Of a stretch of 64,000 nucleotides of DNA, positions 58,901-64,000 are shown in pieces; positions within the stretch are counted from its first letter, which is position 1, and each line of letters opens with the position of its first letter. The DNA comes from an uncultured Gammaproteobacteria bacterium. GTDB lineage: Bacteria; Patescibacteriota; Microgenomatia; Levybacterales; UBA12049. The stretch covers positions 2,306-66,305 of the forward strand of contig CAZRWL010000001.1 of NCBI GenBank assembly GCA_964603935.1, in the 5' to 3' direction. A model generated the notes under the pieces. It was not told where the DNA came from. It searched no databases and saw only the letters and a list, made by a program, of their open reading frames with translations. The position numbers and the translations under genes are program-made.

Positions 58901-59304
58901 TCCTGAACTGCCGGCTGCTCCTCTTGGGTTAAACCGGTTTCTGCGGATGGTGTTGGAGTTTGGGTTGGAGCTATTGCTTGAGGATCTGAAGGAATTACAT
59001 CGGTATTGTCAGGAACAGGAGTTGTGTCTAAAACAGGAGCAGTATCTGAAGCTGGAACTGGAACTGGAACTGGAGTTTCCGACGGAGCAACTTCTGGTGT
59101 TAAATTACCTGTTGGTAAAGTCGCTGGCTCAGGGTTTGGGTTAACAACCGGAATATTAGTATCCGCAACTGCTTCCTGAGCAAACGCAGTGTAAGTAAGC
59201 GTACCGGGCAAAACCAAATTAGCAATCAGCGAAAAGATGATTAATCTGAAAAATAATTTTTGCAAGAACTTTATTTTCATTTTGTATAACGCCCTTAGAA
59301 ACAT
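52954..59304 (-). CDS. Giant (2116 aa) surface protein
   Basis: Domain order: signal peptide, Glu/Pro/Thr-rich region, lamin-tail-like domain, then two copies of [~330-aa unknown module + 3x DUF5011 Ig-like repeats], an SdrD-B/CnaB-like repeat, a C-terminal module shared with the 2483-aa paralog, and a C-terminal TM anchor. The lamin-tail-like motif is INEIMPNPASGAEWVELFN..VDLANGTGW. The shared C-terminal module reads ..LQWGIPN.SLSF.P.ITLNIFVGT.L.GQTL... Confidence 0.8.
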   Translation of the reverse strand: MFLRALYKMKIKFLQKLFFRLIIFSLIANLVLPGTLTYTAFAQEAVADTNIPVVNPNPEPATLPTGNLTPEVAPSETPVPVPVPASDTAPVLDTTPVPDNTDVIPSDPQAIAPTQTPTPSAETGLTQEEQPAVQEPTATPQEILGTETEEIPSENVSPDAAIDLTPSQTAESSANPLWSVLDANSWGTTENVELNKEYAAPQNDKVKIAFTKLPDSSGKLTIKEIKLTQEQKEQTKALSDTAYDITSTMTDGTFAYDLTLPLPENVQSENVEIKSAENIDQLNSAQKVEEPKEEKSPDTITIKGLNHFTVFVVTAPAPDTIQRVLINEIMPNPASGAEWVELFNNSTSPVDLANGTGWMINNSANNPQNLSALGTVAAAGRVVFEAPAGWLSNVAPETISLSNELGSTVDTVTVSLTSPGFAIDHYPLVGESVGRKTDGVSEWAIFTAPTKGTANVIPAPTDRLVEVGPIAPAGGLIAGFPIWYKDSNGLALDLMEAADGFGISDPVDPANPFSQTVGFNAEGFWWSAEAGIDRPIGTRTILVLALEAAFAGEEAVDGEQSVQNRVRYRIDGLVPGETYTITHPFGSVDEVADEVGVINVTDDIGCFAGGGVTCNQAAAPNFSTPLNGQVGPFLTWTTFNADPNLTDPQLTNAANPSRRYVGNPAIEHEVTGSPTNNNIFRVEGPNVGGEGIDSIETELFAVSGRLADAGAPVITLFGNSSVNVLQNTTYIDAGATALDDLDGNLTGSIVVTGLPVDTATLGAKTVTYTVTDSTGHTAAVTRTVNIVVAGGAVDTTAPIITLLGINTVSVVVGTPYIDAGATALDDVDGNITGSIVTAGLPIDTSAIGTFTVTYNVSDSAGNPAAPATRTVNVTSDITAPVITLLGADPVNVFVGAAYNDAGATAIDNVDGDITASIVTTGLPINTTIVGANTVTYTVADAAGNTAVKTRTVNVADTLPGGLVEVGPVAPAGGLIAGFPIWYKDSNGLALDLMEATDGFGISDPVDPENPFSEQIGFGAEGFWWSAEAAIDNGTQTALIVLAVEAAFAGEDAVDGEQSVQNRLRYRLTGLVPGETYTIHHPYGNVDEVADEVGVINVTDDIGCFAGGGVTCDQIATPNFSTALNGQVGPYLTWDTFSANSSLTDPLLVNAANPGRRYVGNPGIEHTVIGSPIGQNSFSVTGPGLSNFTTDLFAVSGRLADTQAPVITLNGVNPVEVAQNSVYVDAGATATDDFDGIVTVTTTGLPVDTSIVGAKTVTYSATDRSGNTATATRTVNVTGIDTTAPVITLLGANSVNVVAGIPYIDAGATALDNVDGNITANIVTVNPVNTAVIGTYTVTYNVSDAAGNAATQVTRTVNVVADTVAPVITITGANSVNILIGTVYTDAGATALDNVDGDITAGIVTTGLPIDTSAVGIFTVVYNVSDAAGNAATAVTRTVNVVAAAPVADVTAPVITLLGANSVNILIGTVYTDAGATALDNIDGDLTLAIATTGLPISTIVPGTFTVTYNVSDSAGNAATPVTRTVNVTAIPVPATGTITIIENTIPNGAQDFGFRLRITENGSFDERFSLDDDGNSLNELSNVRVFSDIAQGSYELREDSASNWILNISCIDSDNGTTVDAGARMATVDLDAGENIICTLTNSLRQSVTGTVFDDLNANGIKDMGETGISGWIVFSDTNNNGILDSGEISVITDANGEYQFADFTDGTYDIRELVQSNWEQTSPSGSKHAIAIANNSASINNDFGNAQIFNIGNQGRFVSTGGASGGTTSVVSRGESTITVEGNGGTSAIIIPDGTIITRVDGTPFDMSLLASSIPAASSILGLENAVVDGVLQWGIPNISLSFNPAITLNIFVGTSLDGQTLDIQRSVSGVSGWTNDGIAAPATCVIASGICSFQTTKASFYAVSHAAPVPAATPTSAPVVTASSQSSNNASFTSVSSSSACSDAKPASLPILLSAVTTNASDEVTLTWAKANDPVTHYLLVYGLSSGSMQFGNTNIGDKNATSYTVSDLSSGTPYYFRIQAINNCMPGDFSNELSVVPGSASTSEFNQTVLGTTQSEEDKQGTQVQESGVLSLPSPKDVEKFILGILKNWPVQMLLVLTVLGLSYYRLSYRKLK
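54935..57915. repeat. ~1.49-kb tandem duplication inside the 2116-aa gene (two near-identical copies)
   Basis: Near-identical DNA recurs at a 1490-bp offset (the run ctcctcctcccgcaaagcatcctatgtcatcggtaacatt.. at about 55981 and about 57471). Matching near-identical reverse-strand ORFs lie at 56210-56500 and 57683-58030. Copy boundaries are approximate. Confidence 0.75.
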
Positions 59305-59374
59305 AAAACTATCACAGCATATCGCGGCAGAGTAAGAACGAAATGATTAGACGGTAAAAGTTTTGTAAGAAGTT

Positions 59375-60586
59375 TTAATTAAGGCTTGTGATTTTTGGGG
59401 CAAAATTTGAAGGTGTAAGATTATCTTTCTTTAACTTCAGAACAAAAACTAATCCTTTCGGCTTGTTATTTCTAACCTTTATTTCACCATCATACCTTTT
59501 CAGAGTTTTCTCTACTATATATAACCCCAAACCCGTGTGGCCTGTTTTACCATATACAAATCCTTCTTTGAAAAGATTGTTTTTTACAGAGTCCGGAATT
59601 CCTATTCCGTAATCAGCGATACTCACCTCAACAGCGTCCTTCATATTCTTTATCTCAATGTCTATTCTCTTTGTCCTGCCATGAGAAGAAGCATTTCGAA
59701 TAATATTTTCTATCACTGATGTTATCGCCTGATCTGCCAAAACCACCCCGCTGCCTTTTATCTCAAATTTAATTGCCGGAAAATATGAGCAAATTTCCTC
59801 TACTACTTCCCGCAATTTGTAAGGAACTAATGGTTCTCCTGTTGAAACAGCGCGCTCAAGAGACCCTATCTGCTGGATCAAATGCGCGCTGCGGTCAACA
59901 GCGGCATGCATATTCTTAAGCGTTTTTTCTTTTCTCTTTCCTTCCGTATAAAGTTGCATATTCCCCTTGACAACAGTCAGATTATTCAAAACATCATGTC
60001 TGAGAATTTTATTCAGGAGCCTTAAAACATCATTCAGTTCATTAACTTTCGCCTCTGCTTTGATCTTGGCTTTCAGAGCCCGGCTAAGCTCATGAATATT
60101 AATCTCCTGCTCAGCCCATGCGCTAAAACTCTTCAGCAGTAACTCTTCTTCTTTATTCAAATAACGGGGCTTGTAATCTTTTATGCAGAAAGCTCCTATT
60201 CTCCTGCCGTCTGCTGCTCTAAGCGGCACTCCCGCATAAAATCTAATATACGGCTTACCAATTACCATTGGATTTCCTGCAAATTTTGAGTCTTTTTTTG
60301 CATCAGGTATAATGAAGGTGTCGTCAGCAAGCATGGCGTGTCCGCAAAAAGAGATGGCTCTTTTTCCCTCCCGATTGAGCAAACCCTGACATGATTTAAA
60401 CCATTCTCTGTGGGAATCTACCAAAGTAACTGTTGATATCGGCACTTTAAATAAAGAAAGAGCCAGTCTGGTAATGCGATCGAATCTTTCTTCCGGAGGC
60501 GTATCCAATATTTGCAGCGCGCTTAAAGATTCAAGGCGTTTTTCTTCATCGGGCGGTATTGGCGCTTTTTGATAAGACGGTTGCAT
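59375..60586 (-). CDS. Cytoplasmic GAF-domain sensor histidine kinase
   Basis: No TM helices. GAF-like region (FCGHAMLADDTFIIPD..GVPLRAADGRRIGAFCI), a HisKA-like helix (LRHDVLNNL), and HATPase_c G-boxes (DYGIGI, GLGLYIV). Confidence 0.75.
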   Translation of the reverse strand: MQPSYQKAPIPPDEEKRLESLSALQILDTPPEERFDRITRLALSLFKVPISTVTLVDSHREWFKSCQGLLNREGKRAISFCGHAMLADDTFIIPDAKKDSKFAGNPMVIGKPYIRFYAGVPLRAADGRRIGAFCIKDYKPRYLNKEEELLLKSFSAWAEQEINIHELSRALKAKIKAEAKVNELNDVLRLLNKILRHDVLNNLTVVKGNMQLYTEGKRKEKTLKNMHAAVDRSAHLIQQIGSLERAVSTGEPLVPYKLREVVEEICSYFPAIKFEIKGSGVVLADQAITSVIENIIRNASSHGRTKRIDIEIKNMKDAVEVSIADYGIGIPDSVKNNLFKEGFVYGKTGHTGLGLYIVEKTLKRYDGEIKVRNNKPKGLVFVLKLKKDNLTPSNFAPKITSLN

Positions 60587-60623
60587 TATAATCTGAAGTA
60601 TACCACAAACTGCCGCAATTTCC

Positions 60624-61241
60624 CTAGAAGCCTAATTTCTCTTTGACTAAAATTATTGTAATTCTGCCTTGCGTAATTTCTTTGTTGACTATCAAGATTT
60701 TGTTAACCGCGCTTCCCGGCACCCCATAAGCTTTTTTGGCTCTTTCACTTTCCAAGGGAAGAGTGTGCTCGTAAATGCGTCTTATGCCTTCATCTGTGTT
60801 TTTAACAACTTTTTGAGATCCGACTACCCAGATGACGCGCCCTGCGGCATAAGCGTATGCCGGCAATTGACTGCCTGTATTGGAAGCAATTAAGACATGT
60901 CCGTCTTGGGTAACAGCGTGCGCGCTTCCGATGGCAAATTGGGGCGCTGCGCCCAGACGATTCATTTCCTGCGCCTCGGTTTTTCTATCCATTGCATAAA
61001 GCCTGTCTCTGACCGGCTTGAACTTTCCATCCGGTTTATTTATTTCCTCTGATAATCCAATAGCATCCAAGGTCACGGAAGTCATTGTCATAACTTCACT
61101 TCCCTGCGGAATAAGCTCCAAGACTTTTTCTTTGGCTTTTTTACCGCTGTCAACAGTTAACGCTTCTATTCCATTTTGCTGCAAAGCCTGTATGGTATTT
61201 TGTATTGTTTGCGCGCTGGCTAATTTATCCCAGTTAGTCAT
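60624..61241 (-). CDS. LUD-domain (LutC/YkgG-like) protein
   Basis: VLIASNTGSQL...GRVIWVVGSQKVV pattern resembling the LUD domain. Confidence 0.45.
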   Translation of the reverse strand: MTNWDKLASAQTIQNTIQALQQNGIEALTVDSGKKAKEKVLELIPQGSEVMTMTSVTLDAIGLSEEINKPDGKFKPVRDRLYAMDRKTEAQEMNRLGAAPQFAIGSAHAVTQDGHVLIASNTGSQLPAYAYAAGRVIWVVGSQKVVKNTDEGIRRIYEHTLPLESERAKKAYGVPGSAVNKILIVNKEITQGRITIILVKEKLGF

Positions 61242-61243
61242 AA

Positions 61244-61516
61244 TTAAGCAACTATTTTACTTATATCTATGCCAAGATTTTTTAGATATTTTTTATCTAC
61301 GCTGTAAAAATGGCTTGCCCCCTCTTTTCTGGCTTTTAATATATTTGCGTTAGAAAGTTTTCCGAAATGATGGGAAAGAGTCGGCTGGGAAAGAGGAAAT
61401 TTACTCAAAAGCTTTTTGCAGGAAAGTTCCTTTCCGTTATTTAAGATGTATTTAACAATATTTATTCTGGTTGTATCGGAAAGGGCTTTGAACAATTTAA
61501 CGACTTGTTTTTTCAT
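61244..61516 (-). CDS. ArsR/SmtB-family transcriptional regulator
   Basis: 90 aa. LSDTTRINIVKYIL..LSQPTLSHHFGKL winged HTH. Confidence 0.7.
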   Translation of the reverse strand: MKKQVVKLFKALSDTTRINIVKYILNNGKELSCKKLLSKFPLSQPTLSHHFGKLSNANILKARKEGASHFYSVDKKYLKNLGIDISKIVA

Positions 61517-61580
61517 GATTTAATTATAGAAATATTTGAATAATTCAATATTACTACGCGGTTTAATTTTTGTCAAGAGG

Positions 61581-62009
61581 CTATGAGCGAATAAATTTAG
61601 TAAACTCTGCCCAGTCTTTTCCGAGATAGTGTTTCCTTAACTCTCCTGTTTGGACAAACCCCATTTTTTTATAAAATTCGATCTCTCCCCACTCTTTACC
61701 TGTTAACAGAAATAATTTATGCGCTCCTTTTTCTCTTGCTATCTTTTCTGCTTTTGACATCAAGGCTTTTCCTATGCCGCGTTCTCGATGCTCATGGGAA
61801 ACAATTATTGTTACTATTTCCATAACTCCGGCTTTTAATAAATAATGAAGCATTCCGACTGTTGTTTCATTTTCCAATACGCTAATATAGTTATTTTCCT
61901 CTTTCCATCTTCCGGATTTACCAAAATGTTTTTCATCCGCTATTACCCATTCTTTATCGCTGAAATTTTTCATCTCTAATGTTTTACGCTTGGTTATCCT
62001 AAATTTCAT
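61581..62009 (-). CDS. GNAT-family N-acetyltransferase
   Basis: IVSHEHRERGIGKALMSKAEKIAREKG acetyl-CoA binding motif A. Confidence 0.7.
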   Translation of the reverse strand: MKFRITKRKTLEMKNFSDKEWVIADEKHFGKSGRWKEENNYISVLENETTVGMLHYLLKAGVMEIVTIIVSHEHRERGIGKALMSKAEKIAREKGAHKLFLLTGKEWGEIEFYKKMGFVQTGELRKHYLGKDWAEFTKFIRS

Positions 62010-62045
62010 GAGGCTATTATAGCAAAACAGAGAATTAGAAGATAA

Positions 62046-62417
62046 CTATTTTTCATTCTTCCAGGGAGACATGAGCTGGAAGTAGTTGCCGTCAGGATCA
62101 GCCAAAGTTGCTATCCACATCCCTTCCATTTCACCCATTTCATAAGGCTCTTTTATTACCTTGGCGCCGGCTGATTTGATTCTTTCAAATTCTTCTTTCA
62201 CTTTTTCCGTTTCCAAATTAAGTATTATCCTTTGCGGCTCTTTTGCATTACCCTTAACCTCCGAATGCTCCCCGATAGTCAGATAGGTCTTGCCTATTTG
62301 CCATCCATACCAATTATCTTCCATCATGTCCGCTTTTTTACCGAAAACTTTTGCGTAAAGTTCTGCCAAAACTTTTGGCTGTCGTGAGCCTATCATTACA
62401 GAATTAAAATTCAGCAT
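62046..62417 (-). CDS. VOC-family (glyoxalase/bleomycin-resistance fold) protein
   Basis: 123 aa with a paired beta-alpha-beta-beta-beta module pattern and DPDGNYFQL at the C-terminus. Confidence 0.55.
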   Translation of the reverse strand: MLNFNSVMIGSRQPKVLAELYAKVFGKKADMMEDNWYGWQIGKTYLTIGEHSEVKGNAKEPQRIILNLETEKVKEEFERIKSAGAKVIKEPYEMGEMEGMWIATLADPDGNYFQLMSPWKNEK

Positions 62418-62569
62418 AATTTATTACCACCTCCTTTTCTGCGTGAAGGATATTTTAATTTTAGGAAAAATTCAGTGAGAATTATTACAAAAATGGAGAT
62501 TTTAGGCTTGTTCCTATAGTTAAAAACATTGCTCCTAAGGACATCGTAATAAAGTTAAGCATATCATGT

Positions 62570-63121
62570 TTAAGGGAAAAATAATCTTACGAGAACCGCT
62601 AGTCCATTCATAGAGACGTGTAACATTGTTGTCGTATAAAATGCTTTCCATTTTGACTCATCCTTTTTGATTAAATACACCCAAGATAACAATATACCTG
62701 CTGGGATAATAGTTAAAATTGCTAACAATTCTAAATGAATTAAGGCAAATATAATTGCGGATACAAGTATTAATAAAACCTTTTTCTTTGTAAATATTGA
62801 TAAGAATTGCATTGCGAAATTTTGAAAAATCATTGTTTCAAAAGGCGGGAAAATAACCATTGAAATTATTGCTAATTTGCCTAAGCTCATTGTTGTAGTA
62901 AAACTTTGGTCAACAAAGAAATTGTCAATTAAATTTAAGCCAACCCCAGAAATTAACCCAACCGGTATAAGAATAAATATTAACACAAGAACCGCTACGC
63001 CAATTTTTGCTATCAAACCCAAAAGGGTAAATTCAACTATTAATCTAAAGGTTGAATAATTTTTAGCGTTATCGAAATATTTTGTTATTAAATTTAGTAG
63101 CCTATTTAGAATTGTCTTCAT
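62570..63121 (-). CDS. CPBP-family intramembrane metalloprotease (CAAX protease/Abi)
   Basis: TM protein with FETMIFQ (EExxxR-like), FALIH (FxxxH) and HVSMN (HxxxN/D) motifs. Confidence 0.55.
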   Translation of the reverse strand: MKTILNRLLNLITKYFDNAKNYSTFRLIVEFTLLGLIAKIGVAVLVLIFILIPVGLISGVGLNLIDNFFVDQSFTTTMSLGKLAIISMVIFPPFETMIFQNFAMQFLSIFTKKKVLLILVSAIIFALIHLELLAILTIIPAGILLSWVYLIKKDESKWKAFYTTTMLHVSMNGLAVLVRLFFP

Positions 63122-63196
63122 ATATATTTTAACTTTGGCACATTAAGCGCCAACTGGCCTTCCAATATTAGCATGCTTCGAATTAAGTTTCAGAAA

Positions 63197-63475
63197 CTAT
63201 TTATTGAAGAATTCTTTTAGCATGGTTCTCAATGTGGTTTTGCCTTTTGTGGTTTTAAAATATTTTTCTCTCCTTTTTGCGTCTTTTATATCCCTATACG
63301 CTTCATAATGAATAAGCTCGAATGGCGCATAAGGTTTCGTGGAAAATTCCTCTTTATCGTTGTGTTGCAAAAATCTTTTCTTTAAGTCTGTTGTAAAACC
63401 CGTATAGATAAAATTACGACTGAGGCTTTTTAGGATGTATACGTAATAAAATTTCATTGCTTGAGACAATGCCAT
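63197..63475 (-). CDS. Small GIY-YIG nuclease-family protein (YhbQ/UPF0213-like)
   Basis: MKFYYVYILKSLSRNFIYTGFTTDLKKRFLQHN.. is a GIY-YIG catalytic motif with no extra domains. The start may be 63475 or 63457. Confidence 0.7.
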   Translation of the reverse strand: MALSQAMKFYYVYILKSLSRNFIYTGFTTDLKKRFLQHNDKEEFSTKPYAPFELIHYEAYRDIKDAKRREKYFKTTKGKTTLRTMLKEFFNK

Positions 63476-63570
63476 GCGACATATCTCTTTGGGGACGTAC
63501 CAGTCGGTACATCCCTACCTCACCACTCATTGGCGAAGCGATGAACCCGAATGCAATGAGTGGTTCGTTG

Positions 63571-63850
63571 CTCCCCCGAGAGGACTCGGACCTCTAACCT
63601 TGTCCTTACAAAATTCCTTCTGTTACCAAAAGGTTTGGACTATCTCATCCCCCTACCATTTGATAGGGGATCGGGTATATAGTCTCTACACATTTACCAC
63701 ATTCAGTTTGCATGAACGTGGACTTAGCTCGGGATTACCCTTCGATAAACTCAGGGTTTCCCCGAATTAGCCCGATTTTTCATCCCAAATTACTTTGGGA
63801 AGCTGCGTTATGGTTCACAGGGACCTGCTCTACCATTGAGCTACAGGGGA
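63571..63850 (-). tRNA. tRNA-Asn(GUU) interrupted by a 208-nt group I intron in the anticodon loop (exons 63850-63817 and 63608-63571, minus strand)
   Basis: Acceptor stem UCCCCUG/CGGGGGA, D-arm UA-GCUC-AAUGGUA-GAGC, T-arm AGAGG-UCCGAGU-CCUCU. The spliced anticodon loop is CUGU|UAA, giving anticodon GUU. The U1-A72 start resembles E. coli tRNA-Asn. CCA is not encoded. Confidence 0.65.
63609..63816 (-). ncRNA. Group I intron (small, IC3-like) within tRNA-Asn
   Basis: The 5' exon ends with U, forming P1 CUGU/GCAG with a U.G wobble at the splice site. The intron ends with G. R-like GUAGAGACUAUA and S-like GAGAUAGUCC elements form a perfect 6-bp P7 (GACUAU/AUAGUC). P/Q-like elements are UUCGGGGAAACC and AAUCCCGAGC. 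Confidence 0.6.
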
Positions 63851-64000
63851 ACGAAACAAATTAAAAATTAAAAGTGCAAAATGAAAAATTAATTTCTGGT
63901 TAAGATTTTATCATTAATGACATCTGAAATCCAGCCCTCAACCTTTCTAGTCAGGATGTAATTGAAGAGTATTCAAAGTGTATTTGTATCGTTGACTAGA

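Noticed and set aside
45482-59304. Numerous 60-170 aa ORFs on both strands inside the two giant genes (e.g. 46059-46463, 48480-48839, 50523-51026, 54263-54784, 56210-56500, 57683-58030)
   Set aside because: They are low-complexity translations (Pro/Ser/Thr/Ala/Gly-rich) of the opposite strand or alternative frames of repeat-rich coding sequence. The long minus-strand ORFs carry coherent domain architecture.
61244-62009. ArsR-family regulator plus GNAT acetyltransferase as a possible GNAT-type toxin-antitoxin pair
   Set aside because: GNAT toxins normally pair with small RHH/DUF1778 antitoxins and share tight operon overlap. Here the genes are separated by 64 bp and the regulator is a standard ArsR wHTH, so an ordinary regulator-enzyme pair is more likely.
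63474-63770. 98-aa plus-strand ORF MRHISLGTYQ...
   Set aside because: It overlaps the minus-strand tRNA-Asn exons and group I intron. It has no recognisable protein features, so it is most likely a spurious ORF across a structured RNA.

Overview
The window reads as a low-GC (~35%) compact bacterial genome segment. Gene content and style suggest a Candidate Phyla Radiation / Patescibacteria-like organism: short MetRS, tiny S20, many GT-C membrane glycosyltransferases, LPXTG surface proteins, weak Shine-Dalgarno sequences. The phylum call is inference only.

Recognisable housekeeping genes:
- Heat-shock genes: partial hrcA with a near-perfect CIRCE operator, and groES-groEL carrying a degenerate CIRCE.
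- metG, tatD, lepA, murJ, rpsT, tpiA, a UvrD/PcrA helicase, a FemAB-family gene, and an LCP-family gene.
- A sugar-phosphate cluster: PfkB kinase, RpiB, glycerate kinase and a split transketolase.
- An OmpR-family response regulator and a GAF histidine kinase.

More unusual content:
1. Two tandem giant (2483 and 2116 aa) C-terminally anchored surface proteins occupy about 14 kb. The first carries an animal-haem-peroxidase domain whose two halves appear in circularly permuted order around a block of RTX calcium-binding repeats. The second carries a recent ~1.49 kb internal tandem duplication.
2. A family of heptanucleotide tandem repeats, (AAATTTC)n / (AATTTTC)n, is scattered through the window. 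Several copies lie in-frame inside conserved genes (tpiA, the FemAB-family gene, a GT-C gene, the YYY membrane protein).
3. A roughly 45-bp hairpin-forming dispersed repeat has three copies, one inserted in-frame in lepA.
4. A Ni-superoxide dismutase precursor gene sits next to its S26-type maturation peptidase, SodX.
5. A polyprenyl-phosphate glycan locus contains a processive GT2, GT-C enzymes, a WecA/MraY-like transferase and a DPPR-synthase-like UbiA prenyltransferase.
6. A TrpR/YerC-like regulator gene is bracketed by two 24-26 bp perfect palindromes.
7. tRNA-Asn(GUU) is interrupted in its anticodon loop by a 208-nt group I intron, next to a small GIY-YIG nuclease gene.

No CRISPR array, rRNA or canonical defence island was seen.
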